From the NCBI GenBank assembly GCA_030599585.1, contig JAUVNS010000005.1, forward strand, positions 96,001 to 160,000: a stretch of DNA of 64,000 nt, read 5' to 3'. Below the pieces are notes generated by a model. That model searched no databases. It was not told the origin of the DNA and saw nothing but the letters and a program-made list of their open reading frames with translations. The stretch's first letter is position 1, and every line of letters begins with the position of its first letter. Of this stretch, positions 49,467-59,004 are shown one piece after another. A program made the translations under genes and the position numbers. Origin of the DNA: Promethearchaeota archaeon. GTDB lineage: Archaea > Asgardarchaeota > Lokiarchaeia > Sigyniarchaeales > SOKP01.

Positions 49467-50216
49467 ATGGATTTTGAATCAAAATATTTTGAAATAAGAC
49501 AATTCTTATCGATTTCTGAGCTAGATTTTAACTTGGATAAGAAGATTGATGAAATTTTTGATTCAGATAGTCTTAAGATGGAAATATTAAGTAATATTAC
49601 CCAATTTATCTATTATTTTTCACTTTTTAAGAATGTAAAACCTTTTATGAATTCCGTTTACTACTGCATTGAAACTACTTTAGAAATTCGGGTTGAATCT
49701 GTAAGCGATTTTAAAGAGCTACTAGTAAAAAATGCATTGATGAGATTTGTTCAAGAATATATAGATTACTCACAATTAACACAAAAAAGACAAGTAATGA
49801 AGTTTTTATCCGATTCATTTGAGAAACTTCAAATTCAGCCTATTATTATTAATTTAGGGTTACTTCTTAAACCTATGTATCAGGATAAGGCTTATCTTGA
49901 TAGAGCACTCAAGACTAAGGAAGAAAAAATCAATTATTCCCTTCTTACTGAAAATGAAAATGAAATTGAAATTAAGACCATAATTGACGAATGGTTAAAG
50001 GTTCAAGTTATTACATTAAACAATCAAGACGAGATTAAAACAGAATTAGGAAAAAAATATGAAGATTTAATGATTAATTTTAAAATTATTAAAAGCTCTG
50101 AGATTTACAAAAAACTTTTCAAGGAAATAATGGAAATGCTCTCATTGAGACTTACTCTTATTAGTTTAACGGAATCAATATCAGACGATTCATTTGAACC
50201 TATTCCAATTAAATAA
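49467..50216 (+). CDS. Hypothetical helical protein
   Basis: 249-aa ORF with no recognised motif. Confidence 0.65.
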   Translation: MDFESKYFEIRQFLSISELDFNLDKKIDEIFDSDSLKMEILSNITQFIYYFSLFKNVKPFMNSVYYCIETTLEIRVESVSDFKELLVKNALMRFVQEYIDYSQLTQKRQVMKFLSDSFEKLQIQPIIINLGLLLKPMYQDKAYLDRALKTKEEKINYSLLTENENEIEIKTIIDEWLKVQVITLNNQDEIKTELGKKYEDLMINFKIIKSSEIYKKLFKEIMEMLSLRLTLISLTESISDDSFEPIPIK

Positions 50217-50385
50217 ATGCCTTACTCGAAGTTCTGATTCTTGTTCTATTCCAAAATTCCATATTTTTAAAAATTCGAATAATTTGAACATTTAGGATAT
50301 TGAAATCTATTAAATCTTGGATAAGTAAATTATTAAATACAAATTTTGATATTATATTTAAAAAAAACAATAATTTACTCCTAGC

Positions 50386-51867
50386 GTGAGAAAATTGGAA
50401 GAAAACGATAAACCTTTATCCACCGAAGAAATAGAGAAGCAAAAAAAGATAGTTGATGACCTATATAGAAAAGAAAAAGAAGATAGAGAAAGTTACTTCA
50501 AGAGCTTTGAGGAAGAACGAAAAACTGCTTTTGAAGAGAGTAAAGATCTTATATCCTCATTAATCTCAAAGAAGAGCTTCATGAGAGAAAAACAAAGAGA
50601 AAAAGATATAATAAGAATGGAGATTAAACCTGAAATCGAAAAAACTGGCGAAGCGATTGAAAAATCCATAAGTGAAAAAGCTTTTATGAGAGAGAAACAC
50701 AGAGAAGAAGATCATATAAGGATCGATCTAAAACCTGATATTAGAGGGGTAGGTGAAGCAATAAGTAAAACTGTTGACGACAAGGCTTTCTTAATTGAAA
50801 AAAGGAGAGAATCTGATGAACACAGAATGAAGATCAAACCTAACTTCGAGCAAACAGGAGAGGTAATAAGTAAAAATATTGATGAAAAAGCTTTTTTAAT
50901 AGAAAAAAAGAAAGAGAGCGATTCGGTATTGCTAGATTTAAAACCAGACATGCAAACTGCTAGCAACGCAATTAGTAAATCAATAGGAGAGAAGGCTTTT
51001 TTAAGAGAAAAACAAAGAGAAAGCGATCTGAGTAGAATGCATATCAAACCAGACTTTATGAAAACGGGTGAAGCGATAAGTAAAACAATAGCCGAAAAAG
51101 CTTTTAGAATTGAGAAAAAAAAAGAGACCCAGCACAAAAAAATGGAACTACATCCAGATATTGAAGGTAAAGGAGAGGCAATAAAGGAATCTATTAACGA
51201 AAAAGCATTTAGGATTGATATGCAAAAGGATAGAGAAAGAAAAATAAAAGAGTTAAATCCAGATATTAGCAAAGCTGGAGAATCCATTGCCCAATCTATT
51301 GGAACAAAGGCCTTTTTACGCGAAACGCGCAGAGAAAAGGATCATGAGAGAATAGATTTGAAACCAGATTTTATGAAAACTGGAGACGCAATTAGCGCTA
51401 CAGTAGCTGAAAAAGCCTTTAGAATGGAAAAAAGTCGCGAAATTGACGAAAAAAAACATGACCTAAAACCTGATATAAAAAAAACTGCAGAATTAATTAG
51501 CAAATCTATACAAGAAAAAGCGTTTTTACGAGAAAAACACAGAGCCGAGGATTCTAAACGTATGGAAATAAAACCAGACATAACAAAAGCAAGTCAAGCC
51601 ATTAAATCTTCAATTGACGAAAAGGCTTTTAGAATTGAGAAGCAAAAAGAGATGGACCATAAAAGAATGGAATTAAAACCGGACTTTGAGAAATCCAGTG
51701 ACGCTATTCAAAAAACAATAGGGGAAAAAGCATTTATTATCGAAAAACAAAAAACTCGCGATTCTGAACTAATAGAGCTTAAACCAGATATTAAAGGTAT
51801 CAGTTCTTTAATCGAAGGAAAAATTGAAAAAATTGAACAGAAGAAAAAGGACGAGAATACTACATAA
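50386..51867 (+). CDS. Uncharacterised tandem-repeat protein (35-aa units)
   Basis: 11 clear units plus 1 degenerate and 1 partial of KPD....GEAISKSI.EKAF..EK.RE.D..RM.L. Confidence 0.85.
   Translation: MRKLEENDKPLSTEEIEKQKKIVDDLYRKEKEDRESYFKSFEEERKTAFEESKDLISSLISKKSFMREKQREKDIIRMEIKPEIEKTGEAIEKSISEKAFMREKHREEDHIRIDLKPDIRGVGEAISKTVDDKAFLIEKRRESDEHRMKIKPNFEQTGEVISKNIDEKAFLIEKKKESDSVLLDLKPDMQTASNAISKSIGEKAFLREKQRESDLSRMHIKPDFMKTGEAISKTIAEKAFRIEKKKETQHKKMELHPDIEGKGEAIKESINEKAFRIDMQKDRERKIKELNPDISKAGESIAQSIGTKAFLRETRREKDHERIDLKPDFMKTGDAISATVAEKAFRMEKSREIDEKKHDLKPDIKKTAELISKSIQEKAFLREKHRAEDSKRMEIKPDITKASQAIKSSIDEKAFRIEKQKEMDHKRMELKPDFEKSSDAIQKTIGEKAFIIEKQKTRDSELIELKPDIKGISSLIEGKIEKIEQKKKDENTT
50626..51780 (+). 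repeat. 11 x 105-bp degenerate coding tandem repeat
   Basis: Exact 105-nt period with no indels; units diverged at the DNA level. Confidence 0.9.
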
Positions 51868-51898
51868 AGATTGAAATCTTCTCTACTCTTATCTAAAG

Positions 51899-52402
51899 CT
51901 ATAAATGGACATCAAATTTGAATAAAGTATTTAAATTCATATTTTCTAATCTTTTTTTATATTGTAGAATTGAAGGATCTACATTTCCATTAAAATTCCT
52001 TATTGCAGACTCGAATCTATAGTAAAAATCTTCCATAATTTGATGTAAAATTACTCTCTCTACTTGTAAATTGGTTTTCTTCGAAATCGCAATCACTGAC
52101 AATCGCCCTCTCCTTTCGTATAAAATTCTACTCTCCTTAAAATTCACTTCTTGAATCTCGTCGTTCACTGATTCAGGTTTAATCTCGCTAATAAAAAGAT
52201 TAAGCGCATTAAGAAAACCACTTATCAAATCTTCATGAGACGAAAATCTAGAGTTGTGCGTATATTTTTTGCTAAGCAGTAAAGAACCCGATACATTGTC
52301 TAAGAAGTAAATTGCGTGAAAACGATTAACATCTAAATTAATCTTTTCTAAATTAAATCCATACGACTTCTCTATATTTTTATTAATCCATCTATTCGAC
52401 AT
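51899..52402 (-). CDS. Longin-like domain protein
   Basis: IYFLD..SG.LL..KKY..DLISGFLNALNLFISEI..IQEVNF..RILY. Confidence 0.6.
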   Translation of the reverse strand: MSNRWINKNIEKSYGFNLEKINLDVNRFHAIYFLDNVSGSLLLSKKYTHNSRFSSHEDLISGFLNALNLFISEIKPESVNDEIQEVNFKESRILYERRGRLSVIAISKKTNLQVERVILHQIMEDFYYRFESAIRNFNGNVDPSILQYKKRLENMNLNTLFKFDVHL

Positions 52403-52652
52403 CTTTCGACTGCTTTCTAACCTAAAACTATTCCTATTAAAAAATGAAAACGATTACGATTTAAAATGTAAATATTATCTTAGTGACATATAAATAGTTT
52501 TTTTAGCTAGTTGAAGCTTAATCCAATTAATATTGCGCTTAACTGGGTAGTTTGAGTTAAAATGATAGAAAAACTTTTCAAGAAAAACCTAAAAATTTAA
52601 AATAAAATCATTTTATTATTAGACATATACTATTCTTATCACATTTTAATTT

Positions 52653-53129
52653 TTGATGAATATGGGTCTAAATAACAACCACGGAAAACAAAAAAATAAA
52701 ATTTCTATTGGTAAAATCCTATCAAGAGAGGATTTTAATTCCACTATTTTTCCAGAGGAGGTTAAAGCGGAAATCAACCAGACTCCTTATTACTTGCTAA
52801 TTTTCATTTCTCGCGAAGATTCAATAAAAATTAGCTGCTTTCCTACTAATACGAATGAGATAAAAAAAATTCTCATTAAGTTAATTGAGTTCTCGCCCGA
52901 TCTAGTGAAGGGAATATCGACCGTACTTAACGATCTTGGTTTAAGTAAAGATATTCTGCATACTACCGGAATTTGTTATGAGTTGGAAACTTGCTTCTAT
53001 GAAACCTATCTATTAGGAGACACTCTAAAATCGAAGAAAATGTCTATGGACCTTATAAAAGAAAAATTCCTCGCAATTGAGAAAATTGTTAATGTCTCAA
53101 TAGAAGATATTCCAATTCATAACGAATAG
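52653..53129 (+). CDS. Hypothetical protein, possible C-terminal ACT-like domain
   Basis: LVKGISTVL..ILHTTG..IVNVSIEDI beta-alpha-beta-beta-alpha-beta pattern. Confidence 0.5.
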   Translation: MMNMGLNNNHGKQKNKISIGKILSREDFNSTIFPEEVKAEINQTPYYLLIFISREDSIKISCFPTNTNEIKKILIKLIEFSPDLVKGISTVLNDLGLSKDILHTTGICYELETCFYETYLLGDTLKSKKMSMDLIKEKFLAIEKIVNVSIEDIPIHNE

Positions 53130-53140
53130 ACTTCTTATAA

Positions 53141-53346
53141 ATGAGCAATAAAAAATTACACCCTCCCTCAATTTTACCTCCTTCTTTTACCGCATCAAGT
53201 AAGTTTTGCCTGTTTCATAAGGGTGATTTGTCAGAAGATATTTATACTTGTCCTAAGTGTAAAATTATATATTGCCCAGAATGCGTAAAAAAGCTCAGGC
53301 TGATAGGAAATCGTGTATTAAATGTAAACAGATCGTTTTACTCTAG
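53141..53346 (+). CDS. Small RING-like zinc finger split by a -1 frameshift (programmed, mutational or sequencing error)
   Basis: Frame 0 gives CLFH..CPKC..CPEC; the -1 frame after A_AAA_AAG adds AQADRKSCIKCKQIVLL-TAG. Confidence 0.65.
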
Positions 53347-53775
53347 TTATTGTAAATGATCCTCCTCAAGTGAACCTGTTCTTATTGAACTCAAACTACG
53401 CCACGCCTTCCAAAAAATTAACCATAATATGATAAATATAAATAGAGTTGTAGCGAAAGTGTAACCTCCAATAAAAAGATCAACAATAATTAAAAACGGG
53501 ATACCTGCAATCGCAAATCCTATCAAATAACCATACCCCCAATACCTGTTAACTAAGGCTATTATTATTCCCGGAATCATCGTTGTGAATATGATTGAAA
53601 GAAACGCTAAAACTTCAATTGAGCGAGGAGCATCTTGTATGAACGTCATATTTACCCAAGATGCTACAAAACCAATTACTACAAACAATAAAGTCCACAC
53701 ATTTATACTTAAATCTTTCTCCGCCTTATCTCGATCGTTTCGATTTGATTCTGTTTTTTTCTCCAACAATGTCAC
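53347..53775 (-). CDS. Hypothetical 4-TM membrane protein
   Basis: Four hydrophobic segments. Confidence 0.7.
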   Translation of the reverse strand: MTLLEKKTESNRNDRDKAEKDLSINVWTLLFVVIGFVASWVNMTFIQDAPRSIEVLAFLSIIFTTMIPGIIIALVNRYWGYGYLIGFAIAGIPFLIIVDLFIGGYTFATTLFIFIILWLIFWKAWRSLSSIRTGSLEEDHLQ

Positions 53776-54099
53776 TTCTTACCAAACAATTAAAAAAAAA
53801 TAAATTCTTTTAAGTTGTAAAAGATAATTCTCATTATAAAAAATATTTGACGATTGAATAACTGAAAATTAGGTAACTTTTAGTTAGAAAAGGGTAAGAC
53901 CCTTTAAATTCCGACAAAAGTTTCAAAATATTGTCAATTCTTTTAAATAAGACTAAAGATATTAGTATAATAAGATAAAAATTTATATGTGTAAAACATA
54001 TAATAATCGTTGAAGATAAAGATTTAAATATTAAACAAAACAAATTTAAAAAAAATATAAGATTTAAAAAAATAAAATAGGGATTTTATAAAAAATCAT

Positions 54100-54214
54100 G
54101 ACTCCTGCCCCGCCCTGGATTTTTGTCTTTTGGTAGTGTGTAATACACACTCATTTCGCCCTCCTCCCCCTATTTTATTTCTGACCTTCTTATTAGGTCT
54201 TGGTGGCAGGAGTC
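54100..54214. ncRNA. Candidate structured non-coding RNA of unknown family
   Basis: GC-rich island closed by perfect 10-bp GACTCCTGCC/GGCAGGAGTC, with two internal hairpins. Confidence 0.45.
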
Positions 54215-54671
54215 TCCCTTTATTATACCTGAAAAAATTAAAAAAAAAGATATATTTAGTAGGTTAATTTTCAGTTGGTGAATATGGAATATAAAGGTTA
54301 CACTGAAATTAACCGGTAAGTTTTCATTTTTTACCAGTAGTTTTTAAATAAAAACACATTTCATAAGATTTAATTATAGAGATAACTAAAGTAAGAAACG
54401 CCTCCTTCTGTTTCGTTTTTTCAATAATTATAACTATAAATAATCTTTCACTCAAATTACGTTATTTTTATGTGTAGCTTAACTAGAAAATTTTGAAGTA
54501 GAAAAAGTAGAAGAAAAGGATTGCCTTTTAGATGTAAAAGCGTTCTTTTTTTATTCGATAATACTTAAAATACTATTAATTTTCTTATAAAATTAAAATA
54601 GAATAACGTGTTATTTGATCAAATTGTTATTTAAATAAAATAAATCGTAAAAATTAACGAAATTGAAACTT

Positions 54672-56372
54672 ATGACAGAAGATATTATAAGACGGACAAC
54701 GAGTATTTGCCCAGAATGCTTACAACCCATTCCAGCGGAGATCTATGTTGATCCAGAAACTAATTGGGTCATGATGAGAAAAGATTGCAAGGAACACGGG
54801 CATTTTAAAGACAAACTTTCCATCGATCCAGATGAATACAAATGGGGCGAAACTTTCACTGACGACATAGGATCTACAGTCGATAACTCTACTAAACCTG
54901 AATATGTTAGTTCAGGTTTAAAGGAGTGTGTTGAAGGCTGTCCATACGATTGTGGCCTCTGTGAAAATCATAAAAGCGCACCTAATATATGCCTAATCGA
55001 TATTACAAATCGCTGTAACTTAACCTGCCCAATTTGTTTTGCTAACGCAAGCGCGAAAGGGTATGTTGTAGAACCTACGCTCGAACAAGTCTTCCAAATA
55101 ATGGAACATTTCAGGTCAATGAAACCTGTTCCAGCAGTTATGCTCCAAATATCTGGGGGAGAACCTACGATCAGAGATGATCTTCCAGACATCATCCGGG
55201 AAGGAAAAAGACTCGGTTTCTCTGAAGTAATGGTTACAACTAACGGTATAAGGTTCGCCAAATCGATTGACTTTTTAACGAAGTGCAAAGACGCGGGAAT
55301 GGATGCCATCTATTTACAATTTGATGCAACTGACGATCCTGAAGCTTGGAAAAAGGTTCGTGGCGTTAATTTATGGCCGTTAAAGAAACGTGTTATTGAA
55401 AACTGTCGCAAAATTGGATATTTTGGTTTAATGCTAGTTCCTGTTATAGCCAAAGGAGTTAACGACCACGAAGTCGGAAACATTTTAGACTTTGCTAAGA
55501 ATAATAGCGACGTGGTTTCTGGAGTAATTTTCCAGCCAGTCTCACTTTGTGGACGGATCAGTTTTGAAGAACTGATGGATTTAAGATATACAACCTCAGA
55601 CCTCAAAGTAGCAATAAATAAACACACAAACAATGCTATTGAAAAATTCTATCCTATCGCAACTACAGCAAAAATGACCCGTTTATTAGCTTGGTTTGAT
55701 AACATGCCCGAATTTGGTATGACGAGCCATAAAGATTGTGGGTTTGCCACAATACTCATCGTTAACGATAAAGACGAATGGGAATCCCTCGATGATTATT
55801 TTGACGCAGAAGGACTTATTAAGTGGTCAAACAAGGTTTATGACATGGTTCAAGGAAAAGAAGTCCCAAAACCAACTGGGTTCTTAAAAGGTATAAACTT
55901 GCAAGATTTCGGGGCTGTAGCTAGTACTGTAGGGAAATTCATAGACGAAATGACTGATTTAGGATATCGGCAAATGATGAAAGCTTATTATTTTGCTGGA
56001 GGAATTAAGTTCGTAAAACATCCAGAAAAAATCTTAACGAGTAAAACCTACCAGAGTTTTGCACGAGTTATCGCTTCCCCGAACTTAGCAAGCGCCGCGA
56101 ACTTCCTTCATAACAAGAATCTAATGATCTCAGCTATGCACTTTCAAGATGCCTACAACTTCGATTTGGACAGAGTTTGTAGATGTTTAGTCCATTATGG
56201 TGTAGTAGATCCAGAAGACAACACAAAAACATTGGAGATACCATTTTGTGCTATGAATACACTACACAGGGAAAGAATTGAACTTGCAAACGCCATTAAA
56301 GGCGAGGAAGCTAAAAAAGCCGAAGTTATTCAAGCAGAAATTAAAGAGCTTTTAGAAACCGTAAAACAATAA
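54672..56372 (+). CDS. tes: Tetraether lipid synthase Tes (GDGT-forming radical SAM, MJ0619 family)
   Basis: TTSICPEC..CKEHG, CPYDCGLC..H, TNRCNLTCPICFANA, SGGEPT, FQPVS..GR, MHFQD.YNFD..RV.RC..HY, IPFC..N; ATG start preferred over 54663. Confidence 0.85.
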   Translation: MTEDIIRRTTSICPECLQPIPAEIYVDPETNWVMMRKDCKEHGHFKDKLSIDPDEYKWGETFTDDIGSTVDNSTKPEYVSSGLKECVEGCPYDCGLCENHKSAPNICLIDITNRCNLTCPICFANASAKGYVVEPTLEQVFQIMEHFRSMKPVPAVMLQISGGEPTIRDDLPDIIREGKRLGFSEVMVTTNGIRFAKSIDFLTKCKDAGMDAIYLQFDATDDPEAWKKVRGVNLWPLKKRVIENCRKIGYFGLMLVPVIAKGVNDHEVGNILDFAKNNSDVVSGVIFQPVSLCGRISFEELMDLRYTTSDLKVAINKHTNNAIEKFYPIATTAKMTRLLAWFDNMPEFGMTSHKDCGFATILIVNDKDEWESLDDYFDAEGLIKWSNKVYDMVQGKEVPKPTGFLKGINLQDFGAVASTVGKFIDEMTDLGYRQMMKAYYFAGGIKFVKHPEKILTSKTYQSFARVIASPNLASAANFLHNKNLMISAMHFQDAYNFDLDRVCRCLVHYGVVDPEDNTKTLEIPFCAMNTLHRERIELANAIKGEEAKKAEVIQAEIKELLETVKQ

Positions 56373-56515
56373 TCGTTTTTTTAAATTTTAATCTTATTTT
56401 ATTATTTATTTTTTCTTCATTTTTAAGAAATTAAAGAATAGCTTCCTAACAAATAGTATTTAAATTCGGACTCTTATTTATTAGATATATAAGGTAGTAG
56501 TTTTATTCAGATTTT

Positions 56516-57103
56516 ATGGTAAGCAATACGGATATAATAGGGGAATATCGGGGAACAGTCAAAAACAGGGTTTTAACTGCGTTATTGCAGTCTTATATGG
56601 ATAACTTAGATTACGATGGGATGAAATCGATTTTAAAGGAAGCGGGGCTCTTAGAACTGAAAGATATACGAGATGTAGATCCAGAGGGGGAAATCGACTT
56701 TTTTTCGTTTAAAAAGATTATATCTGCTCAAAATTGTTTGCTGTACGATTCAACTGATTTATTATCTGAAATTGGGAGAAAATTCTCATTTTACTTGTTC
56801 CCTTTTGGAAAAGTTTTCGAAGAGATTGTCGAAGAGATTAATAAAATGGTTGTTACTGATTGGCAAGTCAAAATTGTGGAAAATAGAGCTGAATCCGTCA
56901 TCATTCGGGTTGATAAATGTATTTTTTGTTCGGAAATCGGAGTTTCCTGCGAGTTGTTTAAGAGTTTTTTGATTCATTCGTTAGAAAAAAGTTTGCCTTC
57001 TGATTATCGAGTAGTTTCCTACGAAACGAAAGAAAATATTACTAATCCTAATCATAATTCTTTTATTTTGAAATTACGAATTGAGAAAACATTTATATCA
57101 TAA
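56516..57103 (+). CDS. V4R-like domain protein
   Basis: MKSILKEAGL N-terminus, IGRKFS, IRVDKCIFC..C..F..FL. Confidence 0.55.
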   Translation: MVSNTDIIGEYRGTVKNRVLTALLQSYMDNLDYDGMKSILKEAGLLELKDIRDVDPEGEIDFFSFKKIISAQNCLLYDSTDLLSEIGRKFSFYLFPFGKVFEEIVEEINKMVVTDWQVKIVENRAESVIIRVDKCIFCSEIGVSCELFKSFLIHSLEKSLPSDYRVVSYETKENITNPNHNSFILKLRIEKTFIS

Positions 57104-57193
57104 AATAACGAAAGCTTATATATATCAAAAATCAAGATACTTTTTGTTATTATTAATTCAATTTTAAAAATCATAACTTAATTATTATTAAAA

Positions 57194-57757
57194 TTGCCAG
57201 CAGAAGGACTTTCCACCGAAGCTAAGGAATATGTATTCAAGATAACAATTCTTGGACAAAGTGCCGTTGGTAAAACTTCATTAATTAATCAATTTGTGGA
57301 GGGCTCGTTTCAGGAAGATTATAAACCAACACTCGGCGCAAATATAATCCGAAAAGATGTTAATATAGGAGAGGTCAACGCTAAAGTTCGATTAATTATG
57401 TGGGACTTAGCGGGTCAAGAGAAATACAATGTGATACGAAGTATGTATTTTCAAGGATGTGTTGGGAGTCTACTCGTGTATGATGTCACTCGTCACGAGA
57501 GTTTTGCTGCGATTGAATCTAAATGGCTTAAAGATTTCAAAAACTACGTGAAAAAAGAGGGCGCTTACATTTTAATCGGCAATAAAGTCGATCTAGACGA
57601 CGAACGAGTCGTCAGTAAAGAAGAGGGTGAAAAATTAGCTAAACAAATCGGTGCAAGTGTTTTTGTTGAAACCAGCGCTAGATTGGGAAAAAATGTAGAA
57701 GAAGCCTTCAAAAGTCTAGTATACCAAATTTTACGAAATTATGGAGAAAAAATATAA
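57194..57757 (+). CDS. Rab-like small GTPase
   Basis: GQSAVGKT, YKPTLG, WDLAGQEKY, GNKVD, ETSA. Confidence 0.93.
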   Translation: MPAEGLSTEAKEYVFKITILGQSAVGKTSLINQFVEGSFQEDYKPTLGANIIRKDVNIGEVNAKVRLIMWDLAGQEKYNVIRSMYFQGCVGSLLVYDVTRHESFAAIESKWLKDFKNYVKKEGAYILIGNKVDLDDERVVSKEEGEKLAKQIGASVFVETSARLGKNVEEAFKSLVYQILRNYGEKI

Positions 57758-57840
57758 GGACGCTTAATTAAATAAGAAATCTCCATTTCAGTTTTTTTTA
57801 ATTACAAATCATTATTATAATTATAAATTGTTTTTATTAA

Positions 57841-59001
57841 ATGGTAACAATGAAAGAATTATCAAACAAGATAAGAAACGCTCCAAAATCAAAAATACGT
57901 GAACTTTTTGACCTTGCTGCGGGACGATCAGATGTTATAAGCTTAGGGATTGGGCAACCGGATTTTTCCACGCCTCAACCCGCAATAGAGGGGAATATTA
58001 ATGCCTTAAAAGAGAAAATCACATATTACGCCCCTACGAAAGGTATTCCAGAATTATTACAGCATCTAGAAACCAAATTAAATTCTGTGAATAACATTAA
58101 AACAGCCTGGAAAGATAATATTATTATTACAAACGGCGGTTCCCAGGCTCTTCATCTTGCTTTTGCCTCCATTTTTAATTCTGGAGATGAGATAATAATT
58201 TCCTCTCCAAATTTTATCTCTTATTTCTATTTGAGTGCTTTTTTTGACTTAAGAGTGATTGAGGTTGAGAGGAAAAGCGACTTTAGTCCTAATATTGACA
58301 AAATAAAGAAATCAATTACTGATAAAACTAAAGCGATTTTAATTAATTCACCTAACAATCCAACTGGATATTCGTTAAGCACAAATGAATTACAGGAGAT
58401 CGTTGAAATTGTTAAGAAACACGACTTATATTTAATCTCCGATGAAGTGTACGAAAATTATCTATACGACGATTCCAAGCATACAAGTCCAGCTTCGTTA
58501 AATGATATGTTTGAACGGACTATTACTATAAACGCCATGTCAAAACTGTATTCTGCTACGGGATTTAGATTAGGGTATGTAGCTGCAAGTAAGGATATAA
58601 TAGATACAATGGAAAAATATCATCAATATACCGTAGCAGGTACAAACCACGCGGCTCAATATGGTTTTTTAGAGGCTTTAAAGATGGGTAGTAGTTTTTT
58701 TGACGAAATTTTAAAGAGTTTTGATGAAAGACGTTTATTAGCTTACAATCGTTTAACCGAATTGGGTTTTGATGTTGTTAAGCCAAAAGGAGCTTTTTAC
58801 GTTATGCCGAAAATCAACGATTTTGGGTTAACTGGTGCTGAATTTTCGAAAAGAATAATGAAAGATCAGGCAGTCGCAATAGTTCCAGGTAATATTTTTG
58901 GATCTTACTCAGAATATATGTTAAGAATGTCTTATGCGACTAAATTAGAAAAGCTCGAAGAAGCGATGGATAGGATTGAAAAATTTGTAAAAAAAATATA
59001 A
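57841..59001 (+). CDS. PLP-dependent aminotransferase, class I/II (AspC-like)
   Basis: LGIGQPDF, NSPNNPTG, SDEVY, SKLYSATGFRLG, GAFY, LRMSYA. Confidence 0.92.
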   Translation: MVTMKELSNKIRNAPKSKIRELFDLAAGRSDVISLGIGQPDFSTPQPAIEGNINALKEKITYYAPTKGIPELLQHLETKLNSVNNIKTAWKDNIIITNGGSQALHLAFASIFNSGDEIIISSPNFISYFYLSAFFDLRVIEVERKSDFSPNIDKIKKSITDKTKAILINSPNNPTGYSLSTNELQEIVEIVKKHDLYLISDEVYENYLYDDSKHTSPASLNDMFERTITINAMSKLYSATGFRLGYVAASKDIIDTMEKYHQYTVAGTNHAAQYGFLEALKMGSSFFDEILKSFDERRLLAYNRLTELGFDVVKPKGAFYVMPKINDFGLTGAEFSKRIMKDQAVAIVPGNIFGSYSEYMLRMSYATKLEKLEEAMDRIEKFVKKI

Positions 59002-59004
59002 ATT

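Noticed and set aside
50712-51581. Antisense ORFs over the repeat protein
   Set aside because: Shadow frames produced by the codon bias of the repetitive sense gene.
50626-51780. 105-bp periodic DNA as a CRISPR array
   Set aside because: The units are in-frame coding repeats with no constant repeat/unique spacer structure, and there are no cas genes.
54098-54110. ATGACTCCTGC resembling the 3' end of a fluoride riboswitch
   Set aside because: The required 5' GGCGAUGG-type stem is absent and no related gene follows.
53776-54660. Large AT-rich gap as a replication origin, including ORF 53834-54043
   Set aside because: No ORB-like repeats and no orc1/cdc6 nearby; the ORF is low-complexity and probably spurious.
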